NCBI RefSeq assembly: GCF_009914755.1
Contig: NC_060925.1
Source: the human T2T-CHM13v2.0 reference genome, Homo sapiens
Length of the DNA stretch: 64,000 nucleotides
Strand: one strand, 5' to 3'
Below are positions 1 to 15,469 of the stretch, piece after piece. Every line of letters begins with the position of its first letter. The stretch's first letter is position 1. The translations under genes and the position numbers were made by a program. The notes under the pieces are model-generated. The model saw nothing but the letters and a program-made list of their open reading frames with translations, did not search any database and was not told the origin of the DNA.

Positions 1-256
1 AAGCAAAAAGAACAAAGCTTGAGGCACTATACTACCTGACTTCAAAATATATAACAAAACTATAGTAATCAAAATAGCATGGTAATAGCATAAAAACAGA
101 TGTATAAATCAATGGAACAGAATAAAGACCCAAGAAATAAATTCACGCATTTATAGTCAATTAGCCTTCAACAAAGATGCCAAGAACACACAATGAGGAA
201 AGAACTGTCTCTTTAATAAACTGTGGTGGGAAAACTGAATATCCACATGCAGAATA
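1..256 (+). mobile_element. Old L1 (L1M-type) ORF2 fragment, cut by the window start
   Basis: Degenerate match to the L1 ORF2 region encoding ...LPDFKxYYKAIVIKTAWYW...; ends at 'atccacatgcagaata'. Confidence 0.85.
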
Positions 257-458
257 ATGGTTTCAGCACTTTTATAACCCATTACCAATCACTCCTCTTT
301 TAAAACACACACTACTCACATTCTTTTTATTATGGTAAAATAATTGAAAAAAAAATCATTGACATCACACCAGAATTCTCCATTAAAACCTTTTTAAGTA
401 ATGTGTATCTTTTCAGCCATTGCGGTTGTAGCGATTTATAACTATATATCAATTTGCA

Positions 459-815
459 TGACTAGTTATCCATTGTTGCCTGACAAAATGCCACAGTTTT
501 AACAGCTGGAAAGCACAAAAATATTATTATATTGTATTATTTTGTGAGTCAGAAATTCAGGCTTCTCCCAGAACTACCAAGAATGGTACATTTCTTCTAT
601 AGTCAATAAATTGAGGTCGCTTCAAGGTACTCATGTCACGGCTAGTATGGAGGGGACATGATATTTACTTATATGACCAAGCCTTGGATGGAAGGCTGGG
701 CTCAAGTGGGCCCCTTTCTCTGCCATGTAGCCTGAAGGCCTCGCAACAAGGTGTATCCTGCAAGATAACAGGACTTCTTACATGGCCGCTCAGGGCACTA
801 AAAGAACAATGCAGA
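459..815 (-). mobile_element. Ancient MaLR LTR fragment (MLT1-type)
   Basis: 'tagttatccattgttgcc...gtgagtcagaaattcagg...ggacttcttacatggccgctcagggc' resembles the reverse strand of MLT1 LTRs; boundaries approximate. Confidence 0.65.
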
Positions 816-1807
816 AGTAATTTAGCATGGTGCCTTAGATGTATCAAAGAATAAATAAATATTTGTGACCTAGAGATAAATGCATCTCCTAGAAATATTT
901 TCAGTGTATTATATAACTAAAACTAAATTCCTTAACTCAAAGATATGCTTGATTAATTTATAGCAATTTGGGCTCTATGTTAAATCATATTCACTTCAGT
1001 GAGTATGAGCTTATGGATAAGATACTGCTGTTTCACTTAACTTGACCACAGCAAACTCTTCATTTGAGCACGGACAATAACAGTGTTTGGCAGCCAGTTA
1101 CACACATTGTACTTTGTTTGATATGCAGATGATGTAACAACAAAAGAAGACTCAAAGATCCCTATATCACAAGATGTATGAAGACAGGGACCTGTTATAC
1201 TGCATATTGTGCAGTATTTGTTGTATAAATAAATAAAATCCTCTCAATAAATACAGTATAGATTTTTCTTATGATTGGAAAGTTCATGCCATTACATTTA
1301 GATTTGTTCTTATTTTCCTTCCAAAATAAACATATATTTTATAGTTAGGAAGACAATGAAAATATTTTGACATTTAAATATTCATTTTTTTCACCCAGTA
1401 AATCTAGATGTTTCTATTAGGTGGTGGTAACTTTACTTGGGAATTAATCTGATCAACAAGAACAGGCTAAACACGAAACTAGTTCAAAACCAGTATACTC
1501 AATTCTTCAGCCTCATTTTAAGATTTTTAAACATTACATGATTCTTGTTAAAAGGAAAATGAATATAACATATAAAGGGATGATTTGCGACTTTGAATTA
1601 TATTAATAGTCATAAAGATATGACCACAGGTCAACAGCAAAAAAGAGAATAATGTGTGCTTCATTAATCACTCAAAAACTAAAATAAAATCAAAACCAAA
1701 ATATAAAATTAAACAAAGCACCAGTTTATGTTGGGGATAATTAGAAAAGGAATAACTGCAAATTACATTCTGAGAACTCACAAAGCTATTATCTATACAA
1801 CAATATC

Positions 1808-2370
1808 TATCATTTACTGAGCACTTAGAATGAACCAGGCATAGACCATATCATACAAGTCACTGTTCAAAAGAACAAATGAGTTATTACACCCATTTTA
1901 CAGATGTATTAGTCCATTTTCACACTGCTAAAATGACATATCTGAGACTGGGTAATTTCTAAAGGAAAGAGGTTTAATTGACTTACAGTTCCTCAGGGCT
2001 GGGAAGGCCTCTGGTAACTTACAATCATGGTGGAAGGGGAAGCAAACACACCCTTCTTCACATGGTGATAGCAAGGAGAAGTACAGAGTGAAGGACGGAA
2101 AGAGCCCCTTATAAAACCATCAGATCTCGTGAGAATTCACTCACTATCACGAGAACAGCATGGAGGTAACCACCCCCATGATTTAATTACTTCCCACCAG
2201 GTGTCTCCCACGACATGTAGGGATTATGGGAGCTACAATTCAAGTGGGTGGGGAGACAGCCAAACCATATCAACAGATGAGAAAATGGTACCCTACAGCA
2301 GTTAACTAGTTTTCTCAATTTGTGTAGCGAATAAGTGATAAGCTCGTATTTGAATCCAAGTCTGATTAAT
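1808..2370 (-). mobile_element. MIR SINE split by a THE1 LTR
   Basis: 'catttactgagcactt...cccattttACAGA' resumes after the LTR as 'ACAGAtgagaaaa...atttgaatccaagtctg', which is the MIR core. Confidence 0.8.
1905..2272 (-). mobile_element. THE1 (THE1C/D-like) solo LTR, MaLR
   Basis: Ends are 'tgtattagtccattttcacactgct' and 'cagccaaaccatatca'; exact 5-bp TSD ACAGA at 1900-1904 and 2273-2277. Confidence 0.95.
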
Positions 2371-2399
2371 ATTAGTATGTGAGCCTAATCGCCTTATCT

Positions 2400-2610
2400 A
2401 TTCATTCATTAGACAGATAAAGATTGGGTGTTTAAGGGTATGAAACACAATTCAGATGCTGGTGATCTGGATAGGAACAGACTAGACAAAGCCCCTGCTC
2501 TTTTGCAGCTAACTATCTAGTTTGGCGAGAAATATAATAAGATATATATACAAGTTTTATTGTGATTAATACAATGAAGAAAAATAAAATAGATGAAAAG
2601 GATATGAAGT
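2400..2610 (-). mobile_element. L2 3' fragment
   Basis: 'ttcattcatt...gacaaagcccctgctcttttgcagctaactatctag' is typical of the L2 3' end read in reverse. Confidence 0.55.
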
Positions 2611-2627
2611 GATGAGAATTGGTATTA

Positions 2628-3116
<489 letters not shown>

Positions 3117-3604
3117 TTAAATTCACAAAGACTGTGAGCTTCCTGACATATATGTTAGTAGTCAGGCTCATAATCTCCAGTGAAGACTAGGATATGACCT
3201 TAGACATACAGAATGCTATGAATACAGGAAGCAATAATGTATTTTTAAAATTTGATAAACCATTTTAAAGATGAACATGACCAAATTAAAAATATTTAAC
3301 TAGAAAATATTGTGCAGAACATAATTGGACATTACAGATTTTTATTAACTATTGTTTGATATATTACTTTAGATATTTTTGATGGCAAGAGGGTTTGCAA
3401 AATATGCATTGTTTTAAGTCAGCTTAAAGGTAAGAGCAGATCTAGTAATAGACTAGGTTAGCCCAGCGAAACTGAAAGATGAAGATCAAGCAGTCCGAGG
3501 CATCTCATTGGATCAGCTTATGATCCTCCTTGGATGATAGTATTTTTTCTTTCATAAGTATAGAATAGTATTATTTTTTAAAGTGTGCAAAAATATGTAT
3601 GCCA

Positions 3605-4199
3605 TTGGACAAAATAGCCATTTCTTTATTAAAATAGTTTTTCAAACTCACTCTTGCAACAAAATAAACCATATTCATCAAGTCACAGGAAAAACGAATA
3701 CAGAGATTTGGGAATGCTGTACTTGTTTCTCTTCAACTTTAGCAGCAAAAGCTGGACAGTTTTCAAAATGCACCTGACAATAATTGTGTTGTCTTAAGCA
3801 ACAGGATGCTGAGGACTGTAGAGGCCTTCAAATTCTCCTCAATGTGTTTTATTTTCTCAGCTTAAGCATGATTGTTGGTGAAGCCATGTCAAGCACAGGA
3901 ACATGCACTTTACCCGATTCCATACACAGAGTTGTCCAAAAATTGTGATTTTGACTTGGATCCCAGAGTCCACTATGTCCACCATCAACAGGGACAGGCT
4001 CATCCACTCCAGTCCTGGAATTATGGCTCAGTCTGCCTCAAAGGTCACATCTGCCAGCCATACCTCCAGGTAGAACACGGAAGGGCCTCTCAGTTCCTGC
4101 ACCAGAAACCACCAGAGCCCATGAGAATCTGTGGTGGGGAAGTGGTAACCTAAGCAGCTTCTCCATGGAGTGAGACGGAGTCCATTTCCCTGACTCAGC
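3605..4199 (-). pseudogene. OOEP: Processed pseudogene (retrocopy) of OOEP, oocyte expressed protein / FLOPED; the symbol given is the parent gene's
   Basis: Manual minus-strand translation gives [78 protein letters not shown]. This aligns with OOEP as I recall it ([79 protein letters not shown]). It continues to ...AEKIKHIEENLKA...PVA* (TAA at 3794-3796), then a 3'UTR with AATAAA at 3625-3630. No introns, premature TGA at 4028-4030, frameshifts, start codon missing. Confidence 0.92.
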
Positions 4200-4371
4200 T
4201 AGCCTTGAATTTTGATGCTACTTATTTTCATTTTCAAGAGAGATACTTTGAATGGCTGTTTGTGTCAAGTATCTTGACCTCTGGTTCAGTTAGTAATGGC
4301 CCAGAGAGCTAGTTGATGCTGCAGATACCTGGCAGATCAAGAAGTGGTTTACAGTCTAAAATTCAGCAAAT

Positions 4372-4470
4372 GAGACGTTGTCTGTTTTCACTCGCCATTG
4401 TTTCCACAGTGCCTCCCAGAGTGCCTGGCACAAAAAAGGCATTTTATACACATTAGTTAAACAAATGAAT
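4372..4470 (+). mobile_element. L2 3' terminal fragment
   Basis: 'ttgtctgttttcact...agagtgcctggcaca...aaatgaat' matches the L2 tail. Confidence 0.6.
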
Positions 4471-5061
4471 ATTTCTCAGGTCTCAGTATAGCTACATATT
4501 ATTACAGCCTGTTATGAGTCCTGGCACATAAGAGTACAGTATTATTTTTTAAAGCTTTATTGAATCTCAAGAAGTCCTAGGAAAACTATTTGAAACCAAG
4601 TAAGAACCCTTTTTCACTGCTCCAGAATTCATCAGTAATAGCATTTAAATATTTAACATTACCTAAAAATACTTGCAGTTCTTGAAGTTTTAATCTATTA
4701 ATCAAATATTTTATCAATGAATTTCACATGTTTGTTAATCAGTTGAATACAATCATGAATAATCAATATTCGTTTTAGTTACTCAAGAGCCAAATGCGAG
4801 GCAGGGCTATTGAAAGTATATGGGTAAAGCATGCTAAACAGAGGAACACACATGTGCTTTGATGCTTTGTCTACTCTGTGGGGATCAGTCTTAAGATTTA
4901 ATTCTATAAATGCGTAAAAACATCAATCTGTGAACTGCCATTATCAGTCAATACAAGGGCCATTAAAGAATTGGAAAGATAGCTGTGACAAGGATTATAA
5001 TGACTGTTGGTTTTCATAAATTTTGCTTTGTAACTATTTTGATATTTGCCTTATAACTCTT

Positions 5062-6595
5062 TTTAAAAATTTTTTTATTTTATTTTAAGTTCTAGGGTAC
5101 ATGTGCACAATGTGCAGGTTTGTTACACATGTATACATGTGCCATGTTGGTTTGCTGCACCCATTAACTCGTCATTTACATTAGGTATTTCTCCTAATGC
5201 TATCCCTCCCCCATCCCCCCACCCCATGACAGGCCCCGGTGTGTGATGTTTCGCTTCCTGTGTCCGAGTGTTTTCATTGTTCAATTCCCACTTATGAGAG
5301 AGAACATGCCGTGTTTGGTTTTCTGTCCTTGCGATAGTTTGCTGAGAATGATGGTTTCCAGCTTCATCCATGTCCCTACAAAGGACATGAACTCGTCCTA
5401 TGTTATGGCTGCATAGTATTCCATGGTGTATATGTGCCACATTTTCTTAATCCAGTCTATCTTTGATGGACATTTGGGTTGGTTCCAAGTCTTTGCTATT
5501 GTGAATAGTACCGCAATAAACATACGTGTGCATGTGTCTTTATAATAGTATGATTTATAATCCTTTGGGTATATACCCAGTAATGGGATTGCTGGGCCAA
5601 ATGGTATTTCTAGTTCTAGATCCTTGAGGAATTGCCACACTGTCTTCCACAATGGTTGGACTAGTTTATATTCCCACCAACAGTGTAAAAGTGTTCCTAT
5701 TTCTCCACATCTTCTCCAGCCCCTGTTGTTTCCTGGCTTTGTAATGATCGCCATTCTTACTGGTGTGAGATGGTATCTCATTGTGGTTTTGATTTGCATT
5801 TCTCTGATGACCAGTAATGATGAGCATTTTTTCGTGTGTCTGTTGGCTGCATAAATATATTCTTTTGAAAAGCATCTGTTCATTTCCTTTGCCCACTTTT
5901 TGATGGGACTGTTTAATTTTTTCTTGTAAATTTGTTTGAGTTCCTTGCAGATTCTGGATATTAGCCCTTTGTCAGATGAGTAGATTGCAAAAATTTTCTC
6001 CCATTCTGTAGGTTGCTGTTCACTCTGATGGTAGTTTCTTTTGCTGTGCAGAAGCTCTTTAGTTTAATTAGATCCCATTAGAAGCTCTTTAGTTTAATTA
6101 GATCCCATTTGTCTATTTTGGTTTTTGTTGCCATTGCTTTTGATTTAGACATGAAGTCCTTGCCCATGCCTATGTCCTGAATGGTATTGCCTACATTTTC
6201 TTCTATGGTTTTTATGGTTTTAAGTCTAACATTTAAGTCTTTAATCCATCTTGAACTAATTTTTGTATTAAGTGTAAGGAAGGGATCCAGTTTCAGCTTT
6301 CTACATATAGCTATCCAGTTTTCCCAGCACCATTTATTAAATAGGGAATCCTTTCCCCATTTCTTGTTTTTGTCATGTTTGTCAAAGATCAGATGGTTGT
6401 AGATGTGTGGTGTTATTTCTGAGGCCTCTGTTCTGTTCCATTGGTCTATATCTCTATTTTGATACCAGTACCATGCTGTTTTGGTTACTGTAGCCTTGTA
6501 GTATAGTTAAAAGTCAGGTAACTTGATGCCTCCAGCTTTGTTATTTTTGCTTAAGATTGTCTTGGCAATGCAGGCTCTTTTTTGGTTCCATATGA
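5062..6595 (-). mobile_element. 5'-truncated L1PA (L1PA5-7-like)
   Basis: L1PA 3'UTR plus ORF2 C-terminus (ORF 5398..5883). Probable TSD ttgccttataactctt (5046-5061) / ttaccttgtaactctt (6607-6622), 2 mismatches. Confidence 0.95.
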
Positions 6596-6624
6596 CCGTT
6601 CCAAAATTACCTTGTAACTCTTAA

Positions 6625-6785
6625 TAAAACCTAAAGACAGAAAATCTTACCTCTATTTACAGATGAAGAAATTGGAGGCCAGAGAAGTTAATTGACTCCC
6701 CAAAGTAAATATAAATACTCATCAATGAAACTGAGGTTCAAAATCTTGCTTGACTGAGTCTGAAGCCCACGTTCCTTTTCTCTTT
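6625..6785 (-). mobile_element. MIR fragment
   Basis: 'tatttacagatgaagaaattggaggccagagaagttaattgactccccaaagt' is the MIR core. Confidence 0.75.
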
Positions 6786-7269
6786 GCATTATATTACCTC
6801 CGATGGATTTTTTTAAATGGACCTTGAAATTTTTGTGTATAAAATAGTACTAGCAGAAACATTACAAAATCAACTTTTCAGCAAATGGAAAAGAGAAGGC
6901 TACTGAATAACCTGAAACCAGATTATCTGTTTGAAGAAAAAACCTAACAGAATAACAGAAACATCAATCCTGCAGTTATAGACACTCCTGGGAAACCAAA
7001 ATAAACTATTTTTACCAATAGAAAAAAAAAAAGTCCTAAATGCTTACAGAAGACATTAAACTGTAACTTTAAATAAAATATTATTCTGAAACCTGAGACT
7101 AAATTTGAATTCCTTTGAAAAATAATTTAGGTGATAAGTAATCTAATAATAGCATCAACAGTTATGACTTAATTCAGCAAACTAATTCTTTAGAAATTTT
7201 GCTTAAGACATTTCTTAATTGTTGTAACCTTATGTTCTCTTCTTCATATAGACAGATGAATAAACTGTT

Positions 7270-7380
7270 GTGTGACTGATAATCTGGTTGAGAGCAGAGA
7301 CTCATTTTCATTGTTTGAAAGAAAGCCAGCACCGTACAATACCTGGCAGATAGAAAATATTCAATAAATGTTGAATGAAT
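7270..7380 (+). mobile_element. L2 3' terminal fragment
   Basis: 'acaatacctggcagatag...tcaataaatgttgaatgaat'. Confidence 0.65.
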
Positions 7381-10317
7381 ACTTTTCCATTAAATGGTAT
7401 GGATTAGAACTGATTAAGTCCTACTGTTGTGCTCTGTCTCTCATGGAATTGGAGAGCTTACTTCAGAAAGCTCCATGCAGGCCGTGCCCATAGACCCGAT
7501 TGGAAGTTAAACAGGCCCAGCTGGGGACTTAGCCATGGTTATAAACCATGCTGGCAATACTGCCAAGGCCTTCAGGATGTTTGCCAATTAGCTTAGGAGA
7601 GAAAAAGATCATAGGACATAGGGTCCACTGAAAGTGTAGGCCAGTTTCAATGCCTCCCAATTATGGTTTGTGTGAATATCAAATAAGATAATCGATAGAA
7701 AAGGTCTTTAAATTTTAAAACATTTTACAAATGTTGGTAATTAATATATTGGCATTAACTGCCTAAAATCACGTTTCTTTTAGTATCTCTCTTTAACACC
7801 TTGACAGCATGGTCTAAATTCTGTCAATAAATTTACAGTTCTCTAAATGGATGAGTCTTCCAAAAATTTTGAATGGATTTTGTCTGAATTCTGTGTGGCT
7901 AAATGACCATCTGCAACTAAATGACTCTGCTGTCTTATCTCTGCATTCTCAAGTCTTCACCTCCTTTTCTCCTACTCAGAATCTGAGGAGACGGGGGAAT
8001 AACAGACAGAGTATTAAGAAAGAATCCAGAGGACTTGAGTAACTTTCTTGTAACCTTAGGGAAATAATTCAAGTTCCCTTAACTTGTACTCATTGTATAT
8101 ATCATTAAATGGATTTTCTCCTGAACTCATAGCATAGTGGTGAAGATCACATAAGATGATGTGCTTCATAAACAATCACACAGATGTAAGACACTTTTAT
8201 TGCTGAGCATCAGTTTGCTATTTTGCTATGTTTTGAGATATGAGAGGCAGAGTCCTAGATGAGTGGATATTTCTACCTCAACACTTGCATGTTTTACATA
8301 CCAGTTTATGCATCTCTTGCTCTAGTGTAGACTGTGTGGTTTAATTATTTTAGTGTTTCTGAATATGCTTTTGTTAATTTACATTCCACTCTTTCAACAA
8401 GTCTTACTAAGTGCCGTATTAAAGTGGCAAGTTATACTGGGGGATGGGAATACACTAGGGAGCTATATGTCATGCTTCTTTTCTTCACAGAACAAATGCA
8501 CCACCAGGATGGGACAAAAACATTCTAAAATACTCAGTGCTTCTGGAAGAGATACAATGTTCAGAGTATGAGTAAACTGTGTTATAGCTGGAAATATGTC
8601 ACATAAAGCCAACACCACCACATTCTAGGAATCTCTCCTTCCAGATATGTTATCTCTACTTTCTCACTTGAACATTTTGATGAGAGAAAAATAAGGAAAA
8701 CATCCACGTTGAATAAGCTCTTATTCTGATTACCCACATTATTAAAACAATATTGCTGAGATCATCTGAATGTTGCAATTATTATCAAACTGTTTAGAAA
8801 TAGCCTAACATCATACAATGAAACACATTTCAACCTGTAAATAAGACAGAAAAAGAATTAACTGTGAAAGTTGATATAAAGATAATTATTCCCACTTTCG
8901 TTTAAAGCCATGAATGTGTGATTATATATACACATGCCCAAAACTATTGGTTTCAAAGCATGAAGAAAATTCCTTCAACTTGCCTTGATTTAGAAATAAA
9001 TAAATTTGCTGGACACTGTGTTCTCCCTGGAATTTGAAGGGCAATGATGACATTAATGCCATTCTATTGTATGTCAAACCAATATAAAAGCTGCAAATAT
9101 CTGACAAAAGATTCCTATCCCTAAGTGGTAGAAATTATTGAAACCACAGGGCTTATAGCACTCTCTCTGGGAACTTTTATCAGGGAGCTGTTGGAGGCAG
9201 GCTTTTTGGAGCAGCCTGTAGTTTACCCCTCAATTCATGCTGGTCAGGTCTTTTACCAAGAGAGTTTTGCTTTCAGTATTTAGGTGGTGCAGGCAACTGT
9301 CTACCTTGGGGCATGCAATTTGAGTGCTTCAGAATCAGTGTGCCATTGCAGCTTTGTTGCCCATGGAAACAAAGTCTTCTTTGGAGAGAGGGAGCTTTGT
9401 AAAGGGCGTGGCAGTGTATAATTTCATCAGCTCTGGTCATTGCCCTATTTGAAGGTGTTTTGCTGCATGAACAACAGACACAAAAAAATTGTACAGGATT
9501 ATAATATTTTGTAATGATTTTAAAACTTGCTTTTAAGATTTCTAAATTGTATACAGTAATAGTTCCAATTTCCTTTAGAGAAATTGTTACTAATTAGAGT
9601 AAACATTCAACTAGGAATGACTTACATACTTTCTCCTACCTCAGCAAAGAGAGTAAAAACATTGATGCTAATTCTAGCTAACATGTGCAGGGCGGGGGGG
9701 CTCTCAGAATGTGTTATTAAGAAGAAAGCATTGGGCATAGATTAAGCCAGGACCACAATGCATGCTTTAAAATGTCATGAAAATGGCTTGGACTAGAATT
9801 TCACAAATGTCTCGTGCCTTTCACCTAACATTCAAAATATAAATTAAATCTTATTATGGATTTCATTAATAAATATTTGTGGAGGATTAGCAGCCTGACC
9901 TTTCCAGTGGCCCTGTTACTAGCTCATTTTTTTTTTTTGTCCAAAAAGCACAGTAGAAGGTGAATTGCAAAAGAAGACAGAGAACAAGAGACCACTGAGG
10001 ACAGTATGGCAATAATCTGCTAAGTAATACAGAAGACAAATGGGACCAGAATGGAAAAGAGGAAGAAGGGGAGATTTGTATTTATTGCTTACTTCATTTT
10101 TATCAAGCTCAGGGCCAGAAACTATTTAAGTTATCTCGTGCAACCACCCTACTAACTCTGTGACACAGATATCACTATCCCCATTTTAGAAACCGGGTGA
10201 TTGAAAGAAGCACTGTGGGCATACAATCAGCAGGTATCTAAAAAATATGTGGGAGAAGGAAAGCAAATTGTCAAAACTCTGAATTTTTTCACTGAATCAG
10301 ATTATATCTATCTTTTT

Positions 10318-13837
<3,520 letters not shown>

Positions 13838-14167
13838 ATATCTATCTTTTCATTGCTATGCCTGCATTACTTAGGGCTTGGATGATGTTTAGGACATACT
13901 ATTACCAGTAAATTTTTTTTCAATGAATCATGTCTTTCACTGAAACTGAAAATATGTTCTGGGCATACCCTTGGGCCTGGTGGAGATTGGGTTGTAAGAA
14001 CTCTGGTTTACTGTTGTTTCTTAAACATCTTTGTAATTGGATATGACTTCACTTGAGATTTAGTTTCCATATCCACAAAAGAAACAGAGTAGATCTTTTC
14101 CTATTCTACATAAAAAAGATATCTGTAAGAACAAATAAAGGAAAAATAAAACTTTATTTTCCTGTTA

Positions 14168-14237
14168 AATATATATATGAGACATATATATGAGATATAT
14201 ATATATATATAATATATATGCGTGTGTATATATATAT
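14168..14237. repeat. Interrupted (TA)n microsatellite
   Basis: Seen directly in the sequence. Confidence 0.9.
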
Positions 14238-15417
14238 CTCAGTAGGGTGTTGTGTCTTACTGAGACACCCACAGGGGCAAATAAGGAAATTTTGCATTAC
14301 CCATCCCTCAACCCCAGGTAACACAACTTGTGGCTCCAAAACAGACCTCTTCCTTCTCCTTGAGGAGAGGAGAGGGAAGAGTAGGGAGGACTCTGTCTTG
14401 CATCTGGGAGACCAGATCAGCTACAGGAAAATAGAGCACCAGTCAGGGTCATGAGGCCCTCATTCCAAGTCCTAGCTCCCAGATATTTCTAGACACATCC
14501 TAGGTCAGAAGGGAACCCACTCCCTTGAAAAAAAGGACTCAGTCATGGCAAAATCCATCACTGACTAAAGAGTGATGGATTTTGACTGAAGAGACCTTGG
14601 GCACTGAATAATCAGTAATGATACCCAGGTAGTATACCATGGACCATTGGTGGGACTCAGATTTACTGGCTTCAGGTGAGAACCAGCACCTTTTGAATCA
14701 CTGTAGTGAATACAGTGAGAGACTCCTTCTGCTTCAGAAAAGCAGAGGGAGAAGTAATGCCTTGTACCTTAGATACCAGCTCAGCCACAGCCACATAGAA
14801 CACCAAGTGGGCAATTGGGTTCGTAATCCAGATCTTGGCTCTTGAACAGCATTCCTTGACCTGTCCTGAGCCAGACAGGAGCCCACTTCCCTGAAGGGTG
14901 AGCCCCAGGCCTAGCAGCATTCACCACAAGCTGACTGAAGAACCACTGGTCCTTAACTGAACATTGGCTGTAGCCTGGCAACACTCCCCATGGGCATGTG
15001 ATGGTGGTGGCTGTAGACTGAGGCTCCTCTGCCTATGGAAAGGGGAAGAAAGAGTGGGAAGGATTGTGTCTCATGGTTTGAGTGCAAGCTCAGCCACAGT
15101 AGACTAGAATACCAGATAGATTTCTAAGTTTTTTTTTTCGTAAGTCCCTGGCTCATGGATGACATCTCTGGAACCAGCCAGGTCTGGGGAAATCTCACCA
15201 TCCTGAAGGGAAGGAAACAGGTATAGCTGGCTTAGCCACCTGCTAATTGTAGAGTATTACAGCCTTGAGCAAATATAAGCAATAGTCAGGTAGTGGTTAC
15301 AGAGGGCCTTGGGTAAGAACCAGTGCTGTACTGGCTTCAGGTCTGACCCAGCACAGTCCCAGTATTGGTGGCTACAGGAATACAGGTGTCATCTCACCCC
15401 CAGCTCCAGGTAGCTTA

Positions 15418-15426
15418 ACACACACA

Positions 15427-15468
<42 letters not shown>
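15418..15468. repeat. Compound (CA)n(GA)n microsatellite inside the L1MA 5'UTR
   Basis: Seen directly in the sequence. Confidence 0.95.

Positions 15469-15469
<1 letters not shown>

Noticed and set aside
3872-4153. 93-aa plus-strand ORF
   Set aside because: Antisense shadow of the OOEP retrocopy, with a non-ATG start and no recognisable protein similarity.
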